From Monocercomonoides exilis PA203 (Eukaryota > Protista > Preaxostyla), in the NCBI GenBank assembly GCA_001643675.2, contig LSRY02000039.1, forward strand, positions 62,001 to 126,000: a DNA stretch of 64,000 nucleotides, written 5' to 3'. A program made the position numbers and the translations under genes. Positions 23,096 to 36,672 of this stretch are shown here, one piece after another (position 1 is the first letter of the stretch; each line of letters begins with the position of its first letter). The notes under the pieces were generated by a model. The model worked only from the letters and a program-made list of their open reading frames with translations. It was not told where the DNA came from and made no database searches.

Positions 23096-26000
23096 TTACA
23101 ATTTACGAACAACTGGTGGAGACATAGCACGAGAAGGAGGAGGACAAGGTATTTTCCCATGTCTTTGAGGCAAGCAATGGGGAAACAAATCCTTTGCAAC
23201 ACAGAAAAGAGGGACAAAACGGGAGAAATCAATTATATGAAGCTTTCCTCTCTTGTCGCCCAGGGCAAAAAGAGAAGAGGACGAGCAAGAAGCAGCAGTG
23301 GAAGGCAGAGAAAACCAACAGAGCTGCGTGCCGTCTTGTGGATCCCACAAAACAAGAGAGGCTTTACCGCTTCCGATACCGTCAGAAAAGGCTGTGAGAA
23401 GGAGAGAAGAAGGTGAGATTGTTGATGAAATAGAAGAAGAAGAAGAAGAAGAAGAAGAAGAAGAAGAAGAAGAAGAAGAAGAAGGAGATGAGTACGGAGA
23501 AGATAAAGGAGGAGGATTCGTAGTTGGAGAAGAAGACGAGGAAGAAGACGAAGACGAAGAAGAAGAAGAAGAAGACGGAGAAGAAGAAGATGATGAATTC
23601 ACAAGCAAATTGGTAGATGCTGATTCAATCTTTGCAGGTGGAAACGACAATGGCTTATTGAAAGACAGAAGAGCAGGAATGTCAAATGAGTTGTGACTGA
23701 CAGACGAAGATGGAGAGGACAACACATTCGAATCTGCAGATCCCGGAGAATTCAATCGAGATTTCCCTCTTTCGAAATTCTCCGAAAGCTTATAATTCTC
23801 CGAGCACTGATTTTCTCCGATCCAGAACATGGAGTGCACGCTGCTTCTGTTCTCTGTCTGGACTGTCTTTATCTTCTTCAGCTTTTCATTGCTCAGAAAG
23901 CGGAGGGTGCCATCGTCAGAGGCAACTACAATGCGTGTGGAAGAGGCAGCGAGAGACAGAAGATGAGGGGAATTCATAAGAGAATAGGAGGAAAGAAGAG
24001 AAGGTGCAGAGGAGGAGGAAGAGGAGGAGGAGATTTTGGTGGAAGAAGAAGAAGAAGAAGAAGAAGAAGAAGAGTCCAAGGCAAAATGAGAGATTGTGCC
24101 AGAGGAGGAAATGGAAAGGAGATAAATTGGATTAAAATGAGGTGAAGAAGCTGACTGTGAATGAAAATGCTGAAGTGAAGAGGATTCTGAGGATGTTGAA
24201 GAAGACAGAGAAGAAGAGCTAAGAGAAGAAGAAGAAGAAGATGATGATGACGATGAATCAGTCAATGTGTCAGGCGTGGTTAGTGGAGGAGGAGGAAGAG
24301 GATGAGACTGAGAAGAAAAAGATGATGATGATGATGATGATGGAGAGACAGAAATTGAGCAAGCAGAAGCAGTAGCAGAAGCAGCAGTAGCAGAAGATAA
24401 TGAGGAGGAGGAGGAAGAAGAACATGAAGCAGGTGAATCCATCGAGACAGGAGGAACAGGAATCGCATTAGACAACGATAATGATGATGATGACAAAGAA
24501 GAAGAAGAAGAAGATGATGATGATGAGTGCATCAGATGAGCAATGTTGAGAGGCGGTGGTGGTTTGCTTTCGAGCAGCGAGGATGTTAAGAAAGAAGGCA
24601 GTGATGATTGAGGATCAGCTGGCGGAGCAAGAAATGGATGGGCTGCCGAATAAGGAGAAACAGAGCGGTGAAGAGGAGAGTAGTGACTAAATGAAGAGAA
24701 GCCTTCAATGCCACTTTCCTTTCCCTTTCCTTCTCCCTTTCCTTTCCATTTCTCTCTCTCTTTCTCTCCTTCTTTCTCATTCTCCAGTGTGTTCACAGCA
24801 AACGGCGCAAAGAAAACAGCCTCAGGAAACAGATCTTTGTGCTTGGAGGTGCTTCTCTTCAAAGGCTGCTCTTTGATTTTCGACTCGTTCAGCTTCTGCT
24901 CCATCTCCTTTCTTTTCTCCTCTCTTTTCTTGCTCTTCTTGCTCATCAGCTGCACAATCCCTATCAGATCGTCAATGTCACACCCGTCGAAGCTGATGTT
25001 GTCCTCACCCCATTCTCCTTCTTCGTCTTCCTCTTCTTCTTCTCCATCTTCTGCATTCAGCTTTTCATATTCGTCGTCTTCACCTTCGTCGGCATCACCT
25101 TTATCTTCTTCTTCTTCTTTCTCCTCTTCCTCTTCTTCCTCTTCACTTTCTTCAACTTCTTCACTTTCCTCTTCCTCTTCCTCACCTTCTTCCTCTATCT
25201 CCTTCTCTTTTATTCCATTTTCAGCATCTTTTGCTTCTTTTACTGCTTTCGCATCGTTTCGTTCACTTTTTATTTCTTTTTGCACATCTTCATCATTCTT
25301 TTGTTTTGGTATATGGCTTTTGTCATCTACTTTTCCTTTTCCTTTCACCTTCCCTTCACTTGCATCACCTTCCTTTTTACCTTCCTCCTTCTCTTCCTTC
25401 TCTTCCTCTTCCTCCTCAACCTCCACTTTCACGCTTCTCCTATCTGCAAAGTCGTCCCTTGAAAGCAGTCTGTAGCCATCTTCGTCAATCAGAATGCTCT
25501 CTTTGATTACTGCATCGCTCTCATCCACACACTCATACGTGCCATACTCATCGTCTTCCTCAAAAGGAGAAATAGAATGTGAATCTCCAACATCTCCTTC
25601 TCTTTCTTCTTCTTCTTCTATCTTGTTATTGTTCACTCGCAGTCGCGACACTCTCAACTCATTCGAATTGACATCTGCATTCAACCCTGCGCTTGCTGTT
25701 GAGTGTGGCGTGACTGCGACAAAGCTGCTTGTTCTGCTGGGGAGGATGTTCTGCCGAGTGGCTGAGCTGATCTGCGAAATAACAGACTCATCAGACAAAG
25801 CAGACAAGGAAGACAAAGAAGATATTACAGACACATTCACTCCACAGTTCCCATTGACATTCTGGTTGATTGCAGCTACAGTTGCAGCAATAGATTTATT
25901 TCCTTCTCTATTTCTTCCTTCATTCAGCCCATTGCACACATTACCAGCATCTTCATTGGCTTCATCCACAATAAATGGAGAAGACGAAAGCGCAATGTCT

Positions 26001-29000
26001 GTGACAGCCTCAGAAGAGGCGCTGAACTGATGAATCTCTCCTTTCTGCAGAGACCAAATGATAACCTCGCCATCATCACACCCAACGACAATAACATCGT
26101 CACTTCCTTCTTCTGCTGCTTTTAATTCTTCTTCAAGGCGCTTGTTTGAAGAAGAGGTAGACGATTCAGAATCGTTAGAGTTCTCGTTCGGTTGTTTTGC
26201 ATTATTTCCTTTTTCTTCTTTTTCATCTCCTTCTTCGGATTTTTCTTTGAGCATAGAATTTGAATTGATCCTGGCATCAACTGCACTTGCATTAGCATCA
26301 GCATCAGCAACTGTATCATCTGCACCTGTGGCTGTTATCTTATAATTCTTCTCTTCTTCCCCACCTTTCTTCTTCTCTTTCTTATCCTCCCCACTTCCAT
26401 TCTTCTTCTCCTTCTTTCTTCTTATCCATCTGAGGGACGTGACAGACGAGAGAGAGACAGTGCAGCTGTGGATGAGTGTGAAGGAAGGGAATGCAAACAC
26501 AGACACAACACCTGAGGCTGTTCCCACCAGAAGCAGATGAGGACGATGCTTTGAGGGGGCAAAGTGGAGATGGTGAGATTGTTTGGAGGTTGGAGAGGAG
26601 GAGGAGGAGGAGGAAGAAGAGGAAGAAGAGGAAGAAGAGGAAGAAGAGGAAGAAGAGGAAGAAGAGGAAGAAGAGGAAGAGGAAGAAGAGGAAGAGGAAG
26701 AAGAGTATGAAGAAGATGAAAAATAACCAGAAGAAGGAGAAGAAGTGGAAGGAGAAACTGAAGTGGAAGCAGTTGAAATGTCTGATGTGGAAGAGGGCTG
26801 ATGAAATGAATGAAGTGCATGTGAAGAAGAGGAAAGAGGAGGGTTGTTGATGTTATTCTCAGAAGAAGTCACAGAATCGTCTGTGGAGTGAAATGAAGAA
26901 GGAACAGAAGATGATATCAATGAAAGAGATGATAGCGATGGCGAAAGAGAAGAAGAAGAAGAAGAAGAAGATGATGATGATGATTCTGATGATGATGATG
27001 CAGAAGGAAGAACCGGAAAAGAAAACTGAAGTGATTGATTTCCATTCGCATTTGTTGCATTTGAAGATGAATCTGAACTTGTTTGAGAGCTCTGCAATGA
27101 CAACGAAGAAGATTCAGAAGAAGAATTTTGTGTGTCTTGCTGATTGGAAGAATGGCTTGCATCACGAAGAGACGGAGAAAGCTGTTCAAATCTGTTTGTG
27201 GCTGGAGAAGAATCAGAAGAAGAATCAGAAGAAGAAATAGATGGAGAAGAAGAAGAAGAAGAGAACTGAGATGCACTGGGAGAAGAGGTAGGAGTGAGTG
27301 CAGATGAGACAGAAGGAGAAAAGGGCTCTTTCAACTTCGCCGCAAGCTCATAAATGCTCTTCATCTGCTTGTTGAATTCTTCCTTTTCATATTCTCTTTG
27401 CAATTTCTCTTCTTTTTTTGCATCTTCCTCCTCTTTCTCTCCTTCTCCTTCCCTTTCTCCTTCCGTTTCTTCCTTTTCTCCCTCTTCTTCCTCTCTCTCC
27501 ACCCACACCAGTGCAGTGATGCTGGACTTATCGTGTGTCTTTGTTCTGAACAGCGTCTCGTCGTTCTTTGCATCAACCACCACAACCTCGCCAAAGACAG
27601 AGCCAGCCGCCACAAACGAGGTAGAAACAGCAGCCGACGCGACGGGCGAGCGGAGAGAGGCAGAAAGCGTGGCGAAGGAGAGGGAAGAGAGGAGAAGGGA
27701 AGAGAGAGGAAGAGGGAAGAATTCGAGGGAGGAGTGGGGGGCTCTGTGGGAAGGAAAGGGCTTGAGGACGGTGTGGGATGGGAGATAAGGAGAAAGAGTG
27801 GTGGAAGAGGAAGAGGAGGTGGTGATGATAGAAGAAGAAGAAGAAGAAGAAGAAGAAGTGAAAGAAGAAGATGATGATAAAGGAGAGGAAATAGAAGAAG
27901 AAGAAGAAGAAGAAGAAGTGGAAGAAGTTGGAGAAGAAGATTGTAAGGCAGAAGAAGAAGAAGATGTTGTTGATGAGAAGATTGGAGGAGCAACTGGGAT
28001 GAGAGAAGAGGGCATTGATTGATTGGCAAAAGGAAGCGAAGAAAGAGAAGAAACAGAGGAAATTGGAGGGATGAGAACCTGTTATTGGAATTAATCAGAA
28101 AAGGCAATTTACAAAATATGATTTTTTCAAAAAGAAAAGAAAAATAAAGATCAAATAAAAAAGGTTTAAAAGTGTAAAAAAGAAACCACAAAAGAAATAT
28201 CCAAAATAAATAAATAAATCAATAAATAAATAAATAATCTAAAGTAACAATGCCAACACACATCCCAATCAAAGCGCGGGTAATTCGGGACGTAATCTTC
28301 TTTTCCCACGTGTGTGAAGAGAGTGTCCAATCTGAAGCCCTTTTTGAACTTGATGTGTTTTGCACAGTCCACTTCAGTCATCTTCAGAGACAGCACTGAA
28401 TGTGGGTGGTGCATTCCGGCATGGAACCCATAGCGGAACAGATAGACGCCTTTTCGCTTGAAATATGATGGGAGGTTTGCCGGCAAAGACGGATGCTGGG
28501 TAGAAGATGAAGACTGTAATGACGTTGAATATGAAGAAGAAGAAGAAGACGACGAAGACGAAGAAGAAGATGATGACGATGAGCTTTGCACAGTATTTGG
28601 CAAGTGATAGAATGTGATGAGCACATCTCCGCTGACAACCACGTTGCAGTGCAGGTTAATCACTTCGTCTCCTTTCTGGTAGTATCTCGGGGGCTGCGGA
28701 AGAGGATGCCTTGTCACTGGATCGAAACGCGAGTCATATACAACTTTGTTCTGCACTTTGATTGTGTAAAAAGGGCAGATCCCGCCAGACGAATCTGCCA
28801 GCGGAACGGTCACAAACATGATGGACGCTATCTGTTCAAAGGCAAATAGATTAAGTCAGCATCACAATTTAAATGTTTCAAATATTTAAGCCATGTCAAA
28901 AAATTATTTTTCAAATATAAAAAGAAATTGGCAAAAACAAAATCGAACCTTTATTGGCTGCTGAGACGGATATGCGTCCCTGTTAATGATCTTTCCGAAG

Positions 29001-29702
29001 TATTCAACATATCTTCTTTGAGAAGGCACAGCCACTCCACCCATCGGTTTTTGTGCTCTTTTCATTGCAAAGTAATACATTGCCTCTCGAGCAGAAGAAA
29101 ACACACCAGAGTACAATAAATAACAACAAATTACAACTCCAGTGCGCCCCTTTCCCGCCTGAGTTTATGATAAAACAATTAAATATCGAGTTTTAAACAA
29201 AATAATGGATAATACCTGGCAATGAACCGCAATAACATTTGCTGGATCACCTTCCATCCATGCATGAATGTTTTTGCATACAATAAATAGTTGATGCAAT
29301 TGCGGTGGATGATGATCCGGAAATCCACAGTCTTGAACTCTGTTTTGGAATTTTGAATAATCATACTCTTTTTGAGATAAATTAATAACCATATAGTGAT
29401 CTTTATGCTTTTCTTCCAACAGCTCCGCAACTTCACTAAGTCTATTTCTGTAAATTCCTTCGATTCCTTCTGAAGGCAGACCCATCGCTGAATGAATATT
29501 GATTGTTGTTCATAAAAAATTTTTGTTAAAGAAATAAAAGAACAATATCATCATATATTACAACTAGAAAAAATAAAGTTTATATTTTAGCAATACCAAT
29601 AATGCGATTTGTAATGTATGTCAAGTCAAGATTGTATTTATCAGTAATATATCTCACTCTGCTTCCAGAGACTTTTGACCGAATAAGAGCTTGTATGCTC
29701 AT
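23096..29702 (-). CDS. PTEN: PTEN-family phosphatase + C2 domain fused to Ser/Glu-rich-interrupted WD40-like repeats, about 2046 aa; exons 29702-29597, 29487-29216, 29158-28949, 28831-28262, 28078-23096
   Basis: LDLTYITNRIIAMGLPSEG..IYRN, GFPDHHPP, HCQAGKGRTG, VPSQRRYVEYF. C2 motifs GDVLITFYH and LFRYGFH. WD-like strands THDKSSITALVW, LLVGTASGVVSVF, IVVGCDDGEVIIW, IVVASDDGTLRF, ALGDKRGKLHIID. All four introns keep the frame. Confidence 0.85.
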
Positions 29703-30177
29703 GTTTTCTTATTAATTCACAGTTGAATCTCTTATGCTTGCTTTGTTGTAATCCTCCTTTTAAGAGAATGTGAATTTTTTAATTATTGTCGATCAACATT
29801 AGCCATAATATTTTATTTTTGTCTTTTAATCTAAATAAATCAATAATCAAAGCCGGTATGCACAAAAATTCGAGACTAGCTATGCTTATTATGTTTCAGT
29901 AAATACAATATTTTGGCATTATTGGATTTTGAGAATATTTGAATGAAAACTATAAGAAATAACATACAGAGTTAGCTAAATGAAGAATGCAAAAAAATCA
30001 TCTTTTCAGATGTGATTTATTTCGTAAAATTCCAAGAAAAAATCGATTAAATTGTAACATTAAGAAATGAAAAATGAAACTCCGTATTTTATTTCAAGAA
30101 TAACAGTTACAAAGATTCACATTTTTAAATTTCAACAATAAATAATAAATTATAAACTTACATTTCGTTTTGAAATT

Positions 30178-33028
30178 TCAAACAAAGTGAGTTTCTTTTG
30201 ATTTCACTTTTAAGAAAGAGAAAATTGGGCAAATACCAACAACCACATTCTCAGAATTTCTCACTTCATCAAACGGTCGATTTAGCTCAGATAGCAATTT
30301 ATGTACATCATTTCCGAACTTTTTATATCTCCTTATCTTCCTTTCTTGTGTTGCTGAATCATAAAACCGAGGCAGCACTTCAGCTGCATCGCTGATGATG
30401 TTATCCACTTTCAGACTCGGAGCTGGCACAAGCGCATTGAGCAGCACAGGAGAAGGAGAAAGATTACTGCTTTCATATTCAACATCTCTTGAAAAATAAC
30501 TTGATATTTTTTGTTTACCATCATGTGTGTTTTGTTTTTCTGTATTTGATCCAGTTTCCTTTTCAAATAGCACGTTGCTCTCTGCAAGCGATGAACTGAA
30601 AGGAAATGAGAGCAGATTTGATTCAGAAATATTCAGCCTCTGATGGAAAGTGGATAAAGATAACCTTTGCGATTTACATTGACTGCTTTTATGAAAAGGG
30701 AATAATTGTCCAGTTTGTATTGGAGCATATGGCTCATATGCTGTCAAAGGCGTTGCGAAGCTTTCATCAACAGTGCGATGTGCAGAAGATGATGGAAATA
30801 TCGAGGAATTTTGTTGATTTTCATGTATTTTGCTATGAAAGCTCATTTTTGTTGACGCAAATGGAGGAAAAGAATGAAAAGATGGCAAATATAAAGATGC
30901 TTCCAAAGAATTCTGTGGCAAAGTGGAAGAGAAAACTTGGCTTTGCTTTTGATCTGAATTCTTAGTTGGCAAGGAAGAAGCAGTATCTGAAGCATAAAAT
31001 GAACATAAAGCACTTGAATGATGAAAGCCATCAAAATTTGAAGCATTCAATGAATGTTGCATTTCTCTATTGAAATCATCATGTTTGATCCAACTTTCTT
31101 TTTCTCCCATTTTATCTTCGGTTTCCATCTGTTTTTGCCGGCATGCTAAACTTTGCTGATGTTTTTTCTCCAAATCGCGTTCCAAATGGATTATCATCCG
31201 TTCAATGTCCGAATACCCTTCAAATTGCCGGCTCTTCTCAATTTTCTTTTCCTTTCTCAAAATCTTCATCTTTAACTCTTCTATTTCTTCTTTTCCAATC
31301 TTCTTTTCTCCTCCTCTTCCTCCTTCTCCTTCTCCTTCTCCTTCTCCTTCTCCTCTTCCTCCTCCTGCTTCTGCTTCTGCTTCTGCTTTCTCCAACTCTC
31401 CTTTCAGCTCTTCCAGTGTATCCTTCTTTCTTTCATTCACCACAATGCCTTGCTCACTCACTCCGATTTTAAGTTTCCTTTCTGCCTCGTCCCAAACTCT
31501 TTTCTCATCTTCGTCAGTGAGCCAAGCCTTCCGAACCCACAATCCAAATATTTTAAAGTAGCTCTTCGCATCTTTCACTTGATGCCTTGCAAGCTCGCGA
31601 TGCATTTTCCGCACTTTTTGCCTGAAAGCAGTGGGATTGTTCGCCTCTGCTCCTGCCTGTGAATGCTCTGTTCGTCCTTCACAATCGTTTTCATGCTCTC
31701 TGTTCGAGGTGCTTACTTCGCTTGCTTCGCTTCCTTCCTTTTGCGAAGCAGCAACAGAAGGCAAACTCATATTCATATTAACCAGCATCGCATCCTCCCT
31801 CTTCCACTCATTCTCCATCAAAAGCCTCCTTGTTTCGGTACAGTTCGACTGTCTTTTCCCATCCACTTCCACTTCTACGTCATTTGAAAGCTGCACGCAT
31901 TTCACCGTTCCAGGCTTCCAACTCGAAATCGTTTCGATAATTCGTTGCGGCTCAGACAACTCTGAAGAAACTGCGTCTGAAGAGGAATTTGTATCTTCTG
32001 TTGTGACTGATTCGCAGAAACGTGAAGAAATTGAAGAAGAAGAAGAAGAAGAAGAAGAAGACGTCAAGGAGTCTAATTCTCCACGTTCTGAACTTGGCTG
32101 AAACGTTCCAAATAAAGATTTTTTTTCATTAGATCCATCGATTTTGTTTTTGAGCTCTTCAATAAGAGTTTCATCATTTTTTGAGATTGAAGAAAGTAAA
32201 TTCTGTTCATGGTATTGTGTGCTTCGCTTGTGAGAAAAATCTATAATATTTGCTAATTCCTCTCTAATTTCTTGAAGAATATGTAACTCAGTACTTTTAT
32301 TCTGCTTTGTGTCTTTCTCTGAAATATGACGAAAACAAATATTTGAAAATTTTTCGAAATGAGATTGCTGCTTGACTGTATTTTTTAAATTTCCTTTTTT
32401 GAAGCTAAGTATGGAATGCAAATTATCTTGTAAATAACGCTTCTCCTCGCATCGTTTTGAGCACTTAGGTTGCTGCTCATTCAATAATGCGTAAGAGATT
32501 TGCTCCTCAAATATGCAAGACGAATGGAGTTCTTTATTTTTTCTTTTCATATATGGGCTCATTGGAGTCAATTGCGAAGATCCGTAACTTGCTTCTCCAG
32601 GCTGAAATGCCTTTAAATCATTTATTCCTGAATGCATGTTGTCATCGGCTTCTTTAAAACTTCTAGATTGATACCATGAAGGTGGAGGTGAAGATTCATC
32701 TGGAGATTTGGGTAAAAGCCCCGATGAAATTTTGAACGGAAGTGATGAAAAGGATAATGCAGTATTGTGCGAAATTGTTGTTGATTGCATAATATTATCT
32801 AAGCAAGAAGATTTTCCAAAATGAAATGCTTCATTATTTTGATGTTCATTTATTTTCAAGGTTTGATAACGTAAACGAAGTGAATTGTTTTGTATTAACT
32901 GCAATAAAGAAAATATTAATTAGAAAAAAGTTTTGGCATTTAAACAACACATATATTCTTATATATAAATAAATTTATTAGAATAAAGCATAAGAAACCT
33001 CGTTTAAATTCGTACTTTTATCATTCAT
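30178..33028 (-). CDS. Hypothetical protein with a central coiled coil and low-complexity regions, about 916 aa; probable 30-nt first exon 33028-32999, then 32898-30178
   Basis: 908-codon ORF. An upstream ATG exon (MNDKSTNLNE, donor gtttct) joins in frame at the TTGCAG acceptor. No domain recognised. Confidence 0.6.
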
Positions 33029-33534
33029 TAAAATAATAAAATAAAAGAAAAAATATTCAGAATAATTTTCATTATGGAAATTCTTTTTACACAAATATTC
33101 AAAAAAGGAAATACTTTTGTATTCCCAAAATGGAAAAAAAAATGATCCTCACACACACTCGAACAGATGAGCAAAAGTGAAAAACAGCAACGAGATTTAA
33201 GGAGAATTTCTTTGAAAGAAAGTTTGCTTTAATAATATTTTTGCAAATAATAAAATGTTGACAATTGGAGATGAAACAAAAAAATCGTACTAAATGGCAA
33301 TTTTGGTTATATATTGAAACATTTACTGGTCCAATGAGACTCAATGACCTGGCTTGTTGCTCACGGTCAACAATAATAAATAAAGAAAAGAAAGAAATGC
33401 ATAAAACTTTGAGAAAAAAAGTGAGATGTGTCAAAATTCTTCAAGCATTTCCAAAATAATCAGAAACATTTAACGATTAGTCTTCATTGAAATTTCAAAA
33501 ACGAATATTCAATATTTTGTGAAAGCTTGTGATA

Positions 33535-34055
33535 GGGTGAGTAATTTATCAAAACACCTTATTTTTTATCGGGATATAAATTTCTGGCCTCAAGAGCACT
33601 TTCAGAAAAAAAATAAATAAAAGGAAACATTCAAAATGTTAATACGTGCTATTCCTGAAATTATTTCTTTATTTTTAAATTTCTGTAAATAGATCTAATT
33701 TTTTTTCCGTTTATTTTATGATCAAAGATTTGCTCATATTTCAACGAGCTTATTGTTTTTCATGATCATGATTATTATCAATGACATAAAGAAGTTAAGT
33801 TTAACAACAATAACAATTCTCAGAACATTCAAAACAATAAGCTCGTTGAAATATGAGCAAATCTTTGATCATAAAATAAACGGAAAAAAAATTAGATCTA
33901 TTTACAGAAATTTAAAAATAAAGAAATAATTTCAGGAATAGCACGTATTAACATTTTGAATGTTTCCTTTTATTTATTTTTTTTCTGAAAGTGCTCTTGA
34001 GGCCAGAAATTTATATCCCGATAAAAAATAAGGTGTTTTGATAAATTACTCACCT
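33535..34055. mobile_element. Foldback/MITE-like palindrome: perfect 224-bp arms (33536-33759 / 33831-34054), 71-bp spacer, TA on both sides
   Basis: Compared block by block, the arms are exact reverse complements. TA at 33533-33534 and 34056-34057. Confidence 0.85.
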
Positions 34056-34076
34056 TATGAATTTTGTATTTACATA

Positions 34077-36318
34077 CCATCGTTCTAAAACCCGGTACTT
34101 TTTCTAAAACTAGGGAATATTCTTCTATGATTATTCACACAAAATTTCTTCAAGTTTAAAGTGAATTTTGATTATCTTTTTAGAATAAAAAATCAAAACA
34201 TCCTGATTAATAACAATCTTTATATTTAATCATGAAAAAGCCAAAACACACACACTTTTTCAAGAAGTTAATTGAATTGGATTGAACAGTAAAAATCTAA
34301 ATAGTACTGAAATTCTTCACAAAGTTTGCATCATCATCGTACGAAATTAAAAGTCGCTTTTTCTTAACTTTTCTTTCTCTCAATTCATATTTGTTTGATG
34401 ATTTCTCATAATTCATACTCTTTTCATTTGGCTCATTTATGTTGCTCAGCAATTTCCTTAACTGATTTCTTGATTGCTTCACTTTTTTCGTGCGAATTTT
34501 CACAGAAATGCTGTCATCCTTTCTGTCTTGAAAATTTGAAACAGATGTTTCCTCACTTTCTACTGGATTCATGTTGCTGCGATCCATATGGCTTGTTCTT
34601 GTTTTTATCCTTTTGTTTGTGGGAGAAAATTTTCCATACAACTCCGAGTCCCAGTTTGATTTTTCTTCTGTTCTCTGCGAAATGGGTGAACCAGAAACTC
34701 TTGACAGAACAGGTGCTACCATCACAGGCCAAATACCAGTTTTCTGAAACGCGCTTTTTATTGTTGATGGAGATGTTGAAGAAGTGAGTGCTTCAGGAAG
34801 AACTTTTGCTAATTCACTTCGAAACGAAGAGGAAGAATGTGGTTGCGGTGGGTTGAAATTGTCATTAAAAGTCTTTTTAAATCTTGCAAATATGCTGCTG
34901 TCGCATGGCTGAAGAAGATGAGTGAGATTTGGAGGAAATCTCATCATTATTATTCCTTGTTTATCTGCGCATTTCTCAACTTTTTCATTGATGTGAGAAG
35001 GATGGTTATCAAGAAGGAAAACAGCTTTTGGCATATTTAAGAGTTTCATTTTTGTTTTAATCGAAGGAATCCAATGGGAAATCATGATCGTTTCAAAGAT
35101 TGATGAATTTATCCATCCCGAAGATGATGAGATAAAACGTATGTTGAATGACGTTAGGGTTCGAAATTCTACTGGAAGCTTTCGACTGGAATACAGAAGA
35201 AAAGAAGGCAAAGACGATCCATCAGCACAAACACAAACACAAAGAGTCGAATTTGTTGTTTTGTTGGGAATTGGATGTGACGGAGGAATTTGATTTCTCA
35301 AACACACGCACAGCTTGCATGAGCTTTCTCCGCATCTCAAAGATGTTTCATCGAAATTAAATATACCATTTTCACCTATATTGAATGTATCCAAAACATT
35401 TTTGAATCGATCAAACCATTTACGGATACCATCTGGTGACTGTGCCAACATTTTGGATCGTTCCATCGGTTTGGATAATGCAGATTTGAGTATTTTGTTA
35501 TGATCGATCAAATAATATGCAGCTGAAATACATGGAAATTTTATTTTTGTTTTTTCCTTAGAGTTTTCTTCATAATAATCTTTCATCTAAATAATAAAAA
35601 AAAATTAAAAGAAATAAGAAATTTTAATTTCAAACCATTTTGTAGATATCTTTTACTCGAACAATTTTCCCTTCTGACAGCATAACAAGCGTTTTGTTTT
35701 CTATTGTTTCAATCATTGAGTCTATAATAATGGAAGGTCTTCCATTGATTCCCACTTCTCTGTTATTCTTCTGTGCATTCACTCCTCGATACCAAGAGCC
35801 TTTTGAAATTATTCCAGATCCGATTGCCACATGAGGTGACACAACATTATTCTTTTTGATTTCAAAAATTTTCTTTGAAATGCTGCCCAATTTCCTAATT
35901 TCAGCACATGCCAATTTTTTTTGAAGGTCTGATGCAGAAAGTTCGCAATGGTTTGTCATCTTTATGGTTTTGATCTTTCGACTAAAATAATGAAATTTTA
36001 AAAAAGGAAATGAAATTCATTCGATCAAATATGTTTCATCATAAATAAATTCCATATAATCAATCTTAGTATATTTCTTCATGTTTCACAATTTGCAACG
36101 TTGTTGTTTGTCTTCTTTGAAATATTTCGTTGTTTCTTCAATTTTTAGGCAATCATTGACATAAAATGAAAAAATACAATGAAATCCAACTGTTTGAATT
36201 TAGAGAACGATTATCTGAATATGGATGAACAAATTTCAGGAATGATTGCGAAATAAAAATGTGATATATTTTTGTTCAGTCCGGGTATTAGAAAAAGTAC
36301 CGGGTTTTAGAACGATGG
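34077..36318 (-). mobile_element. Full-length pogo/Fot1-type DNA transposon (IS630-Tc1-mariner group), 2242 bp
   Basis: Perfect 31-bp TIRs CCATCGTTCTAAAACCCGGTACTTTTTCTAA (34077-34107, 36288-36318), TA duplication at 34075-76 and 36319-20, and an internal transposase. Confidence 0.95.
34297..35959 (-). CDS. DD35D transposase (CENP-B-type HTH + DDE_1), 537 aa; exons 35959-35636 and 35586-34297
   Basis: IFNFDETS, FLLDNHPSH and THLLQPCDSSIF, with 35 residues between the second and third Asp. 49-nt phase-0 intron GTTTGA...TTAG. Confidence 0.92.
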
Positions 36319-36672
36319 TAAGTTGTTTTTGACTTTTTTTTCAAAAAATTGTTCAGATAAATGTTGCGCACATATTATAAAGATAAATACAAGTTTTCAT
36401 TTGCACCAAAATTATAATTCAACAACATTTTCACAAAGAACAATTATCATCGATTAGCAATAATTATATACAAACAAAGAACAGAAAAATAATTGCAAAT
36501 CCAAAGATTTCTTCAATATTTAAACACGCTCAAGAGGCAATTTATTGAATCCATATTCAATAAAGAAAGCAATTCATCAAAAACAATAATGGGAAACTGT
36601 AGAAAAATACACCCACATTATTAAATAATCTACAGAAAAAAATCAAAGAATTCTTGTTATCGTTGTTGCAAA

